A stretch of DNA of 64,000 bases from Epiperipatus broadwayi (lineage: Eukaryota > Animalia > Onychophora): contig JAQFVV010000005.1 of the NCBI GenBank assembly GCA_028023455.1, positions 16,430,001 to 16,494,000 of the forward strand. Direction: 5' to 3'. The notes beneath the pieces are model-generated. The model ran no database searches, was not told the origin of the DNA, and was given only the letters and a program-made list of their open reading frames with translations. The translations under genes and the position numbers were made by a program. This document shows positions 49,870-64,000 of the stretch, piece after piece (position 1 is the stretch's first letter; each line of letters begins with the position of its first letter).

Positions 49870-50530
49870 AATATATTTCAAAAATAAAAGGGTAGAATAT
49901 TCCAAAGACATTTTCAGAATTAAATAAATTATATAGTGGGTTATTAATGCTGATGGAAATCTAATGGATAAATTGATCATAGAATTAAAAATCGGGTGGA
50001 CTGCTTTTTGGAGGAATAACTTGAAAAGAATTATGCCCATATGTTTAGAAAAAAAGATATTAATAAATATCGAACTGAGACTTAGACCCTTAATAGAAAA
50101 GCAATTCAGAGAGAAACTTCAAATTTCACAGTAAAATATAAAGAGACTATGTTAGAAATAAATAATAATAATTAAATGTCTTTATTCTTTAAAAATTTAT
50201 AAGAAATTTGAGCATCGAATTGGAATTGATCTTAGTACATTGTGTAAAAGCAAAATGCATAGATGAAAGAACAAATAAGTCTCCTTGATATCAGTGAAAT
50301 GATTTAAAGACCAAAATGAACTGCACATGTTGTGGAAAAAATAATAAATAATAGTAAATAGACAATTTAAGTCTTAAAACAGACACCAAGATTATAAAAA
50401 TATTAGAAAGAAATCCTGTGTAAAATGAATAGATGAGATGTTTCTGGAGTGACAGAGAAAAAATTATGAATTCAGAGAAACTGGATAAAATCTTTATTCT
50501 GCTATGGATTAGTAAAGGTTGAAAATGATG
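49870..50530 (+). mobile_element. Decayed RTE-clade LINE 3' fragment
   Basis: Remnants homologous to the other RTE copies (GWTAF, LQISQ, W..H.., ..DE.); (GAT) tail near 50525. Confidence 0.55.
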
Positions 50531-53500
50531 ATAATATTTAATTATATATTATCTATTGTAACCAGGACTACTATTAGGCTACTATGACTCTAGGCCACAC
50601 TTACGTATAAATGTTATTAGCCCAATCATAAACCATGATGAGCATACTGAGTGACACCATATGTTTAAAACTTATATCTAATAATGTTAACTCTGCTCAG
50701 TAATATTTCTTGCCTGTCATATGTATATATTCCAAGATATCTAAGGTAGCTAGAATATTTATTAGTTCAGGCTGGATATATTATTAAAACCCAGAATGGA
50801 GCCACTAGTAACCTTGATTTGAACTTAAACCCTTTGAAGAAATACAGTTAACAGTGGATCATAGCTTAGGGATTCATGAAACTCATTGGTAATATAATGT
50901 TACATTATTCAGTTAACTTGGTAAAATGCATAAATGAAAAGTGAATAAAGCAAATATATATAGCAGTAACAGTTTTATTCAAGTAGTAATATTCAGTTAT
51001 CTCTACATTCTCTCAAATAATTGTTAAACAGATCATGACAAGACATCTGTATCACTAGGCAATGATAAAATCTTTTTCTTTATTTTCTTATAAACTAGAT
51101 AAATGCACATACCAAAAAATCTAGGTATATATTTTTTCCTCTGATGCCCCAATCTAGGTTGAATTATATATTCGCATAATAATAATTAATCATACATATA
51201 TATATAATTCTTCAATTAGAAATGGAATAATGTACATACAAACAATATATATATATACATCTTACTGTAAAGCAAACATATATATAATATTTAGAAAAGG
51301 TGGATTAAGATGAAGAAAAATTAATATTTTCCTTTGTTTTTGTCCTTTATCTTTTATCTGTTATATTTTGTCTTTTGCCAGCAAAAAGGTAGTTAAAAAA
51401 ACAACTGATAATTTGATCTGACTACAATAATCTGATGATTTTTCTTATTCCCATTTGTTAACAGAGTTTTCCTTACCCCTTAATTAATACTATGCAATTT
51501 TATCCCTGTGGTTTTATAAGTTAACAAAATGGCTTATGGTATTTTTTCTATGGGCAGTCCCATGATTAATTCATAAATATCTTGCAACTTGGCTGGTATT
51601 ATTAGATATTAGTAGATCTTCTTTTCACTTGTGAAGGCATGTATATATGTTTATATATGATAGATCAGAGATAGAGCAATAAACTTTCTCTTTCATGCAG
51701 GCTTAATAATTTAACTTTTCCCTCTGTAGAGCACCACATGGCCAGTTATAGACCATAAGAGCTTTTCTTAGCAAATCATTTTTATAAAATTTTACTTAAA
51801 TTATATATATGTGAATCCATCACACATTTGAATAATAATGCTCTCTTTATATTGTTGCAACTTTTAGTGCATAAATACATGGTCCAGATGTTTATCACAA
51901 TAAAAAAAATCTTCTGGCCCACTCTCTCTCTTTTTCCAAAATGTCTTCTGCCAAAACATATTCTAACCTAAATTTACAATGACAAACCTTTTTATAAATT
52001 ATCAATGTTAATTGCTTCCATACAACTCTATAAGGTGTTTATTAATAAGCAGCTTAATTATCCCCTATTATCAATGCTTGCTTATTAAAAAGCACAGGAA
52101 AGAAAACATAATTGGAGATAGAAAAAGGAAAACAGAGAAAAAAACACCTTTTTCTTTAGTAATAAAAACTTATTCCAAAACTTCACAATCTTATAAAGGA
52201 GATTTAGTTTAAAATTCTATTGCAGAGTTGATAACTTTTATAAAACCGTTTCTCTTCCTATTCTTTTTTCCCAAAATTAATTTTACAATTAGTTAACAAA
52301 CTATTTTTTTTATTTAGTTTTGTACAAAAATACTTGTTTGAGATGAAATGCAAGGAAACTCACATGCATACCAATGCTGTTAATTATTACTGTCATATTT
52401 GAAGTTTACATTGAATGCTTGTAGCTGATGACGCATGGCTATACTATTGACACGAAGAGTTCTGGATATAATTATAATAATTAATATGTCTTTCTACCAT
52501 GTCCATAATTAAAGTTTGAGTCTAAGAGAAATGTGAAAAATTGTTATAATAACTGAGGACTTTTGAACTTACTTGACAAGAGCTGCTCTCCATTCTAGTT
52601 CTATCACTGATTACCTAAGCTTCTGCCAGATGGAACTAGAAGGGAAAGATTCTCTTCTTATCAGGCATAGATATTTTTTATTGAGGTATTCTATAGTCAA
52701 TACAGCTAATCATCTAATATTGGTTGCTAAATGGGTATTTTACTATAGAAAAAATTAAAAATCTTCAAGTTAGTTAGTCTGAGTCATGACCTTTTTTAGT
52801 GTTTATGTGGATAGATGATGGAGAGAACTTTATTCTACAATGGGCCACTTAAGCCTATTTACCTATGTAACCTATATTAAAACTTAAGATAGGCAAAAGT
52901 TTTCTGTTCACACTTAACATATGCTTTTAGGAACAACTGTTTCTTATACTTTAGAGTTGCCTATCAGAAGTGAAAGTAATCAATAGTCACTAAATGGTAT
53001 TGTTATCATATTCATATCCACAGATTAGTTTCTGATTTAAGACTTAGATTCAAAATCCTACCTTAATATTATAAAGAGGTTAAAACTGAATGTTAGGTGC
53101 ATAAATGCATTTATTTGAACTTTAAATTTAAAAGTTCTACTAATGAAAGTCATTAACCAGAAATTACTCTATTGATTAACATATAATAATATTACCATCT
53201 AATGGTCATTGATTTGAATGTACAATAAATGATTCTGAAGCAGAATGAAACCAATTGGTCCTGAAAGGATATATTAAAATTTTTTAAGCATTGTGAATTC
53301 AGTAACTCATATGTATCAGATTCATTCTGTAAATATATATGCAAGATAATAGAAATGATTTTTTTTTATGAAGTGTCAATATCATTATGCCACCCCTTTT
53401 TGTCATAATGATTTTTAGAATGAAATAATTGTTTACACTTGCAATCTCAATTATTAAATAGGTAAAATTTTTGATAAGTTATATATTTCAATTTTAAAAT

Positions 53501-53589
53501 CACATGAGACATAAACAAATAAATAATACAAGTTAAGAGTCATTTCTTCTTATTTCAAAAACCTAATAATTAATTACATACAAGTCAAA

Positions 53590-55995
53590 TACATATTTAT
53601 TTAAATAAACCAATGATATAATATAAAACATCTTTATATAATAACAATAATATATATAAATAATAAATGTAACAGTAATAACCGTTATATTTATTATTTT
53701 TATTATAATTACAATTTTGTTCTAATTAACGGACATTATATATATACTATAATAATCATACACATAAAAGTTCTTTTTGCAAAATATTAATTTTTGCACT
53801 TTTCAATGTACTTCAACTAATTTACAATTATGTGATGTGGTGTGATTTCTCCTTTACCAGAATCATGAATCTCTCGGCCACTATGCCCAGAGAAATCTAT
53901 TAGACACCTTCCCTTTCCATTCACCACCCTGTTTTGTCCATATTCTTCTCTATCCTGCTCCATCGGATTTCCACAACTTAATCTTGATCAACTCCATGGC
54001 GTTTATATCTAAATCCTCCTTACGTTTGACCAAACCCAGCATAAAAACCATGAACCCATTTTCTATATAATCACTTTGTTTTTATTTATTCTCCCACAGC
54101 TTCATTATTTGCATTCTTTCTGCTTGTAGACATTTACATTTAATTAACAGATGCGTAATATTTTCTAACCCTTCCTTACATAACTTGCAGACTATATCAC
54201 ACATATTTTTCCATTTATGTGCACATTCCCTAGTTTCTAAAGATCCTGTTTGAACCTTAAACAAAAAAATACTCTCCTTCGTATTATAAATTAACTAGCA
54301 CCTAATATTCTGTTTACTTTTATATATATTTAAACTCTTTTTACTGTCCACACTATTTCTCTATCTTTCCAACTCCCTATTTTTTATTAATGCATCCATT
54401 TGTCTATCCCATTCCTTGCCACTATAGCACTCAACAATCCTCTTAACACAATCATTCCACCTTTTGTATAGGTAGTATACTGTCATGAAGTCTTATCAAC
54501 ATCTTCTGAATACCTTATTGCCCAATTAAATAATATTTTCTTATTATTTATAAATTACAATCTACTGAACATTTTCATTTTGCTTTTTGCATCTCTCATA
54601 TAAAAAATTGACTATCCCATTTCTTCTTGAATTGCCTCCTTTGCCATCCACACATCTGCATCTAATGCATGTCTTCCCACTTCTCTTTGTACTTTTTCTA
54701 AGTAATCTAATACCCCTTTAGTAACACATAACACATCATTACAATAAATTAACCTTGGTACTGCCATTCCATTCCATACATTTTCTAGCTACATCATATT
54801 TATTATATGAAAACTATTAATTTCTTTGTCCATCCTGTTCTTTTCTTTGCTTCATTTATGATTTTTTTCCCCATTCATTCAAGTAATTTCTCTGATTAAT
54901 TAAGATGATTCCCAAATAGTTATATCTATTCACCACATTTAACTTTATATCCCCAATAAAATTCTTTCTCTTCTCTTTTCCCAACATTTGCCATCATTAT
55001 TTTTGATTTTTTTCTTCACTAAATTTAATCCCCATCTCTTTATTCACCTTTGCACATGTCCTCAACATAACTTCCATGTCTTCCCTACTTTCCATGCACA
55101 AGAAGATATCAACAGCAAATTAAAAACCTGATAATGTATATATTCCCTTGCCATCTATTAATGGAATCTCTGCCCCTCTTCTTAGTCTTTCTATTACTCT
55201 CTCCATTTCTCTCAAATACAACAAAAACAAAATAGGTGACATAGAACATTCTTGCCTTAGCCCACCCCATTTTTAACTTTAACTGATTATATATTCCCTA
55301 ATTGATACATATAGTCTATATTTCCTAAATGATATGTATAATAATTATTTTCATACTAACTCTTAATAAGATCCACCAAAGCTCCATTCATTCCCAAATT
55401 TACTAAACTTACCCATAATTTATTTCTATTTACTCTATCATATGCCTTCTCTATATCTATAAAAACCATATATAACTGTCTACCTGTACTTAAGTTGTGT
55501 AACTGCAAATAACTGTCTCCTATATGCCTATCCGATCAAAAACCTCCTTGCTTTTCCCCCACCATATTATTTCATCCCTTTTGTGACTCTTCCAGTTACC
55601 ATATATGCAAAAACTTTATATAACACTAACATTACCACTATCAGTCTATAATTGCTTAACTTTCTAGAATCCTTACCCTTTTCTTTAAGTAGTAGCCTTA
55701 TTCTTGTATTACTCCAACTATCTGGAAATTCTCTCTTCTATGCCATCTTATTAAAACATGATAATAGGTTTAATTTTGCCTTATTTCCTAAATTCATTAC
55801 ATCTCTGCTGCTCATTATCTAAACCTCTTCCTTACATCCCATCCATTACATGCATAATGACATCCATCTGTTTTACCTCCCATCCATTGCATATATAGAA
55901 CATCTTATCTGCTTTAAATAAAATTAACCATATCATATTAAAATCATATAATATTTTTAAGGCATAAAATAAACAAAAAAAACTGTAAAAATATA
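53590..55995 (-). mobile_element. Left arm of palindrome: 5'-truncated LINE (RT and CCHC knuckle) with flanks
   Basis: Reverse complement aligns with 56051-58322; ORF track shows ICKLCKEGLENITHLLIKC. Confidence 0.85.
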
Positions 55996-56050
55996 ATTAC
56001 ACAACCTTCCATTCACTTATTATAAGTCAATTATTAATTGAATAAGGTAG

Positions 56051-58322
56051 TATACATTTATACAGGCTTTTTTATGCCTTAAAAATATTGTATGGTTTTA
56101 TTAGGTTATATTTAATTTTATATAAAACAGAGAGATGTTGCTATGTATGCAATGTAGATCATAAGAGGTTTAAATGGATGGGCAGCAGAGATGGTAGTGA
56201 ATTTAGGAAATAGGGCAAAATTAAGTCTATTATCATGTTTTAATAAGATGGCATAGAAAAGAGATTTTCTGATGGTTGGAGTAATACAAGAGTAAAACTA
56301 CTATTTGAAGAAAAGGGTAAGGATCATAGAAAGTTACGCAATTATAGCCTGATAGCAGTAATGCCAGTGTTATATAAAGTTTTTACATATATGGTGGCTG
56401 GAAGTGTTGCAAAATGGATGGAATAATATAGTGGGTGAAATGCAAGAAGGTTTTCGATCTGATAAGTGTATAGGAGATAGTTTATTTGTAATTACACATC
56501 TTTTAGATATTAGTAGAAATACATGTATACAGTTATATATGGTTTTAATAGATATAGAGGAGGCATATGATAGAGTAAATAGAAATAGATTATGGATAAA
56601 TTTAATAAATTTGGGAATGGTTGAAGCTTTAGTGGATTTTATTAAGGGATTGTATGAAAATAATTACTATACAAACAATTAGGGACTACAGAATCAGTTA
56701 ACATTAAAAATGGGGTTGGACTAAGACAAGGATGCCCTATGACACCTATTTTGTTGTTGTTATATCTGAGAGAAATGGAAAGAGCAAAAAAGACTAGGAA
56801 GAAGAGTAGAGGTACCATTAATAGGTGGCAAAGTCTTTTATTTGTGAATGGTGTCTTCTTGTATACAGAAAGTAGAGAGGATATGGAAGTTATGCTGAAG
56901 ACATACAAAAGGGTGGGTAAAGAGGTGTGAATTAAATTTAGTGAATGAAAATCAAAAATAATGATAAATTCTGGGAAAGGGGAAGAGAAAGAATTTTTAT
57001 TTGGTGATATAAAGTTAAATGTGGAGAGTGCTATTTAGGATCATCTTAAGTAATCATAGAAATTGCTTGGATGAATGGGAGAAAAATTGATAAATGAAGC
57101 AAAAAACAAAAAGGGATTGATAAACAAATTAACAGTTTTCATATAATAAATATGATGCAGCTAGAATTGTATGGAAGGGAGTAGTAGTGGCAGGGTTAAT
57201 ATATGGTAATGATGGATTGTTTTAATAAAGAAGTGTTAAATTACTTAAAATAAGTACAAAGATAAGTAGGTAGACATCCATTAGCTGCAGATGTGTGGAT
57301 TGCAAAGAAGGCAATTCAAGAAAAAATGGGATGGTCAAGATTTTATATGAGAGATGCAAAAAGCAAAATGAAAATGTTTGGTAGATTGCAATTTATGGAT
57401 AATAAGAGAATAGTATTTAATTGGGTTATGAGTAAAGAACAGGCAACAAAATGGGTGAGAAAGGTAGTATGGTGTGCAGAAGATTTGGATAAAGTATTTA
57501 TGTCAGTATACTTATACAAAAGATGGAATAATTGTGTTAGGATAATTGTTGACTACTATAGTGGCAAGGAATGGGATAAAAGAATAGATGCATTAATAAA
57601 AAAAAAATAGGGAGTTGGAGAGATGAAGAACTAGTATGGAGAGTAAAAAGATTTTAAATATATACAGATGTAAACAGAATATTGAGTGTGAGTTAATTTA
57701 TGATAATAGCAAGGAAAGTAGTTTCTGTTTAAGACTCAAACAGAATTTTTAGCAATAAGGAAATATACACATAAATGGAAAAATGTGGGTGATTTAATCT
57801 ATAAGTTGTGTAAGAAAAGCATAGACAACATTAGGCCTCTATTAATAGAATGTAAATGCCTGCAAGAAGAGAGAGTACAAATAATGAAGTTGTGGAAGAA
57901 TAAATATAAACAAAGTGATTACATAGAATGTAGGTTCTTGGTTTTTATGCTGGGTTTGGGAAAAGATAAGAGGGATTTAGATATAAAGGCCATAAAGTTG
58001 ACCAAGATTATGTTGCAGAAATGGGATGGAGTGGGGTAGAGGAGAATATGGAAAAAAACTTAGGATGGGATATGAAAGGAGAAGGTAAGGAGGCTAAAGG
58101 CTTCTCTTGGCATAGAGGTGGCATGATTCCTGACTCCGAAAAAGTAGAAGCCCACATGCATAGCATCACATCGCATCGTGATTGTAAATTAGTTGAAGCA
58201 CATTGAAAAGAGCCAAAATTAATATTTGCCAAAAAGAGCTTTTATGAGTATGATTATTATAATATTTATATTAATGCCGTTATATAAAAATATATTATAT
58301 CATTTATTTATTCAAATATATG
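56051..58322 (+). mobile_element. Right arm of palindrome: 5'-truncated LINE (RT and CCHC knuckle) with flanks
   Basis: EMQEGFRSD...LIDIEEAYDRV, GLRQGCPMTP, and C-terminal LCKKSIDNIRPLLIEC; multiple frameshifts and stops. Confidence 0.9.
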
Positions 58323-58505
58323 TAAAACAACATAATAGATTAAACTTCTTTCCATTTTTGATGATACTTATTTATAAATGCAGCACTTTCAAAATAAATG
58401 CAAGGCAATGGGAATTATTTCCTGTTCTGTGTCTTACATTTAATTTGAAAATGCTATTTATCATTGTTTATAAATTTGACTTGTTATTTAATCATAAGGG
58501 TTTTT

Positions 58506-58603
58506 CCCATAAGTCATAGCATCTGCCGGGAGGCGAACCCACAGCAAACGTCCGCAACCAACTGCTTGCTTGCAAGGCGACTGCACTGACCTCTCGGCTA
58601 ACA
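58506..58603 (-). mobile_element. tRNA-derived SINE, variant with longer variable region
   Basis: tagccgagaggtcag...gggttcgcctcccggcagatgctatgac; TSD of about 15 bp, aatcataagg(g)ttttt, at 58490 and 58604. Confidence 0.8.
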
Positions 58604-61299
58604 AATCATAAGGTTTTTAAAGTGAAGATGCATGACTCTTACTTAGTATTGATCACATGTTGAGAGTGATGAATGACACTTTGCTTACGTCTACTTTGAA
58701 TTCAAATTTGATCCTGAATTAGATTTCTTATCAGAATATATCTGAGTAAACAGATATAAATTATCATTTAATATTTATAGGCATTCTGACAGCACTAAAC
58801 AGGAAGTCATTTCTATTATCTCACATTTAATTTGAAATTGTTCTTTTTAATATATATACATTAAATTTTTAAGAGAATCATTTAATTTACAAAAATACAT
58901 GTTTTCTTTCAAAATTAAATTAAGATACACAAGAGTCACTTTAAACAATATTTTTATTTAATTAATTTTTTAAATCACGTGTACATCAATCCTTTAAAAG
59001 GAAAATGAATAATGCCTATATTTTTAGTGCAGTGATAGATAAATGGATTCTATAGCTAAAAGTTTAACCTATTATTTCCACTGTTCAGTAATCACACTCA
59101 GAACAACTAATTTGATTATGATATATTTCGTGAGCTTTTTTTAAAAAATAGAATGGGCCTTTCAGCTTCTTTAAAAGCAGAATGCCTTTGAAATAGATTA
59201 TCTTTTCAAAATTAGATATTATCATCATTAGCAATCTATAGGTTGCTCAATTCTTTTTATATCAGTTTTCCAAATTGATAAAATATATTTCCCTTATTCT
59301 TTTCTTCAGATTTTTAGAACTACTTTTTACCTCTTTTTTTCTTTCTTTCTTTTTTTTATTTTTATTTTTTTAATTTTATCAAATACATTTTTTATAATTT
59401 CCTTAAAATTTTATTAAGAAACACATTTCTGCCTTTATAATTCATTCAACCTAACTACACTTTCTTCTTAACCCTTTTCTCAAAAGCTTCCCAATTGTTT
59501 CTTAATATAACAAAGTATCAAAGAGTCCTTCTAATACTTTTATGTGCGTTAAATAACAGAAATATATAGTTTACAGCCACTTCTATCTAAGCATTGATTG
59601 ATCAGTGTGCTAGTCAATAAACTTGAATTTAAAACATTATCGTGTCTCAAATATTCAAATTATTAGTTTAATTTGCATAAAATTTATAAAATTAGTTATA
59701 ATGCAATAGACAAGAATGTTTTGAAGCAGAAAATTCGTTTTCCAAAGCTGGATTTAGAAATCAATGCTGCCATCTGGTATCTAATAGTTAATTGTTTCTT
59801 ATATAGAAATGGTTAAAATGATTATAGATTAGAAGGATAAAATTATTAATGCTCGATATATCTGGTCTATGTAAATCTAATGACTAGCCAATAAGCTTTT
59901 TTGATTTTTGTTTAGCAATTTTTTTTACTTCCATCATCATAGAATATGAACCCACTCTAAAAACATATTCGTAAAGTAAAAAATTATCTCATTTAAGTTC
60001 ATATTCATCTTCATACCAAAATTTTTCTTTCATTATTTTATCATTTTGTTGTGTTTACATTTACTCCCCCCATATCACTGTAATATCATAATAGAATGGT
60101 GCATTGTGGACCTTAAGTCCACGAGTCATAATTCCAGCTCTGCCATTTCGCATTAAAAATTTCCAGATAATTATATTATCAATTGTTTTATTTGTTGTAC
60201 AGTAAAATAATAAGTATTTGCATATAATTACCTGATTCATTTTATTTAATACCAATTTTAAAAACTTGACACAGTCTTCAAAATATATAAATGCCATTAT
60301 ATTCTTTCCTACGCTATAAAACATTTTGTGGTACAGAGTTAATATATTTATCTGTCTGCAAGCTTATGACCTGCGTTCAAACCTGAGCTGAATAAACTTG
60401 AATTTTTTTCCAAAGATGTGAAAAATTTTTTCAATCATCCAAATCATAAACAACCTAGCTAACCATTAAATATTGTTCAATAAATGTATATTCAATTTCT
60501 ACCATCCAGATGTCAGTATAATATTGATTTCTCATTCACTGTTTTTTTAAGGGGTTGTTGGAAATGATTTTATCCTGCAATGGGTTATTCAAGGGCTGTA
60601 AGTATTCATTGATTGCTACAGTTTAATATCATATAATAAATAAATAATGTCAAATATTGAAGATTCCCACACATTTACTCTTATGAAATACCAGAATATA
60701 TAAGTGCAAATGAAATGGATTAGTAAAATGTAAATACGCCATCCAAAATTAATAAAACAACAATAATAAATCTAGCTCACGTTCCTGAAATTTATTTACA
60801 AAAATTTACACTAACGATTTTTTTGATCTTCATCCTAATAGCAGCAAATGATGTTGCTAAAAAATGTTCAGTATTCTCTAATTTTAGTACTTTCAGAAGT
60901 TTTCTGGAAGATTTCTAATTGGTTACCAATATTTGGAGCCTTAAATGCAATGTATAATGGTGGGTAATGTTTACACTGTCCAATAACATTATTAATGGTT
61001 GCTAATAATATATAACTTCATTTTTTGTAACTTAAAACTGCTCTACTGTGAATTTTTTTTTTTATCATTTCTGCTGTGAATAATATTGCTAGCAGATATG
61101 ATTATCCTATTCTTGAATATGCAGCTGGTCTTCTTTTAATTTATGAACACATGATCTGAATTTTTAATATACTATGCCATTTTTTCTCCAACTTATTGTG
61201 TTTTCTTAATTTTTTGCCAAAATCTTTTTATTTTTTTTAATTGCAGAGGCTTGGGTGTCAAATGTCTGTCTCATCACTATATATATCTAGTCTTTTAGT

Positions 61300-62500
61300 A
61301 TGTTTTGTCGCTTATCTATCTACTTTTCTGGTATACTTCTAATGATTTTCTTAATCAATTCTTATCAGTTTTGTAGTTTGGGCTTTAATCTCTTGTGGAC
61401 ACTGAAATTTTGCTTTTAGCATTTCATTGGCTCTTTTACCTTATTGACTTTTTTAAATCACTTTTTCTTAAATGTTGTGCTTGGACATATAAAAGATCTT
61501 TAGTTTTTAGGATGCTCCATGATTTTTCTACATTGCTGATTTCTCAATCCAGTTATTTTCTCACTTTTCCTAGCTGTTGCAACTTGGGTTGACTTTGATC
61601 TTGACTTCTTCTGCAACTGCAATCTTCCAATTCTTAGATAAGCATAAAGTCTAAAGAACAGAGTCTTAACAAACAATTCCAAGGTTTAACTATTTTTTTT
61701 ATATTGTGAAATTTATAGTAAAGTAATAACTTGTACTTGAGTGTAACTGGAATGACTATACAGATGCTAATTATCTGACTAATTAACTTCTCTACTGCTG
61801 TTTTTTTAATAGAAATCTACTCTTGAGAAAAAATGGATAAATTGTGATATCTCTCATATTATCCTCTTTACTACTCTAATGTGAAACTGGAATCTATATT
61901 TATTATAAAACTAAAAGAACATCATGTGATCTCTGGCCTTGCATTACTTTTAAGTAACAAATCTATTTTTTACTCCACTTTGCTTATATAATCAATAAAT
62001 GCCATGTGGTAATACTAATTCCCATCCAGTGCTATTATATTTTAGATTAATTTTTAGCTTATGACATTCATCAGCAAAGAGTTTTCAATCTGGATCCAGA
62101 GTACCTGAATTTTTTTCATCTAATGTATTTTTCCTTCAGCAACAATCATTTAGTTCTTGGTTGCCATCAAACTTTCAGCCTAAAATTCAAAAAAATCTTA
62201 GTAGTTTTTAAACCCAAACCAGTTTGCTCTTATGGCACAGTTAAATTTTGGTGTTGTCAGGTTTTTAATAATTATAGAAACCTAAATTATTTGACCAGGA
62301 TTGTTATGACACCAACAAATCATTACACAACCTCTACTTACACATTATTTTTGAATAACAAATTTCCCTTTCCAACTCCAGTTCTGCCATCTTGTATAAG
62401 GTTGTCTAATCAATATGTGGCAGATGATAGTGCTTAATAAATTCTTATCCAATGTTATTCTACTTTTCCATATCTACAGACTAGTTTTTAGCTTATGGGT
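61300..62500 (-). pseudogene. Old CR1/L2-like LINE RT remnant
   Basis: KLFADEC (YADD-like motif) near 62075 and a KSTQVATAR...ITGLRN segment resembling EKVQRRATRLVPGLR; broken frames. Confidence 0.45.
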
Positions 62501-64000
62501 TTAGGAGAAATGGATTTGTTGTATTCATAATATTTTATTGAAATTCCTAAATTGTGTCTTTACAGCATTATCATTGTGCAAACCAGATTCTCTAAACTCA
62601 GATATTCTAAGTAAATCCTATTCATTTTCTCAAACAGATCAGTGTAGATATTGCTAAAACAGTTTTGCATATTATTCTGAACAAGCTATGTGACTGAAGC
62701 CAGTGACTAGTAGCAATTTTAAACAATAATTTACCCATCATTAAATATACTGATTTTTATCTGTATTTCATCACTTATTTGTATAAACATTTTATTTTTT
62801 ATAATCACCAAATAAATGCCAGTTACTTCTTAAATGCATGTAGATAAATAATTATCGCATTTCAGTAATAATAAAAATTAATGACAGTTTTTAAACTCAA
62901 AAGTAAAATATAATACTCTTTACTAATTAATCAGAGCGTCTTGTATTAAGATAAAAAAAAAAAAAACAACTCCAGGATACTTTTCAAAAATAATAGAAAA
63001 TTGATATTTAAATAAACAGAAGCATAATTTACTGTCAAAACTTTTTATTATATGTATGCATATAAAATTCTTATTGATGTAAGCTCTGAAATATAATGGG
63101 AAATTCTGTATAATAATCTAGTTTAAAATTTAAGTTATGATGTAACGCAACCACCAATTAAAATTGGCCATGTTAGATGAAATTATATGATTTAGTAACC
63201 ATAATATTGTCATAATTTTCTCTGCTTATTGTTAATATCTGCTTTTGGGAGCAGTAATTCATTGTATTTACTTTTATTCATAACTATTTATGAAAAGATA
63301 TATGAATCAATAATACCAGATACTAGCATTTCATATTACCAAACTTCATGCTAAAACTAGATTATATCATTATAATCTAATGTACATTGATTATTGAAAC
63401 TTACAGTTAGATAACTCTAAAGTAGGATAAATAGAATGAATTACTTTCAAAGGCAAGACTTAGAATTAATAGTTGACAGAATTTATATAAAACGAAATTC
63501 ATAAATTCTGTTAGACAATAAATTTATAGATAGTTAGCAAGAGAAACATTAGTCAAAGAGAATTCTGCAAACATTATACTTCTTGCATCATACAATATGT
63601 CTGCCATAATTTTCAGTTATAGTGAAGACTTATTGCCTGAATGTTTCATGTATTCCAAACCTTAATGAGCCTAAATATAATTTTGGGTCCATGAACAACT
63701 TCATACTTTATTTTTTCTCTCAAAGATTCATGGGGATTGATTGATTATGATAATTTACCACATCAAAAACAACATCTATCAATGATTAGATAAAATTTTG
63801 TGCCTCTTTAAAATGACGCTTTCTCTGAATATTTGCACAATTCATAATTTAATATTTATTTTAAATCAAAATGACAATTTATGTATATATATTTCAATTC
63901 ATATTCTAATTCTCTAAATAATTTTAAAAAATAATTATTAATTTTATTTCTTCCTGACATGCTATATTAAATACAACTATCTTAGTCTTTATCAAAACTA

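Noticed and set aside
50557-50851. Solo LTR (tgtaac...gttaaca)
   Set aside because: No TSD and no second copy in the window.
63540-63790. Tc1/mariner transposase C-terminal remnant on the minus strand (SINPHESLREKIK)
   Set aside because: Only a weak similarity to DLNPIENLW; no TIRs or catalytic motifs seen.

Overview
Very AT-rich (roughly 25-30% GC by eye), repeat-laden eukaryotic DNA, most like an invertebrate animal intergenic or intronic region. I found no host protein-coding exon I can name, and no rRNA, bona fide tRNA or CRISPR array. Main contents: (1) a young non-autonomous Ty3/Gypsy LTR element (1752-8845; 2.5-kb LTRs, ATAC TSD) whose only ORF is an in-frame fusion of a Gag-like N-terminus and an integrase C-terminus; (2) an old degraded Mag-like Gypsy element on the minus strand (about 27552-33790); (3) a Penelope-like GIY-YIG fragment followed by a decayed hammerhead ribozyme; (4) a roughly 475-nt non-coding repeat carrying minimal type-I hammerhead ribozymes, in partial tandem at 12.2-12.9 kb with relatives at 34.7-35.3 kb and 49.7-49.9 kb (retrozyme/pseudo-LTR-like); (5) four short internally inverted insertions, each bounded by a 13-14-bp TSD; (6) a roughly 4.7-kb palindrome made of two head-to-head copies of one LINE fragment plus shared flanks; (7) RTE and CR1-like LINE debris, a short tRNA-derived SINE family, minisatellites and fold-back elements, with patchy CpG retention. 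All alignments, identities and counts were done by eye and are approximate.
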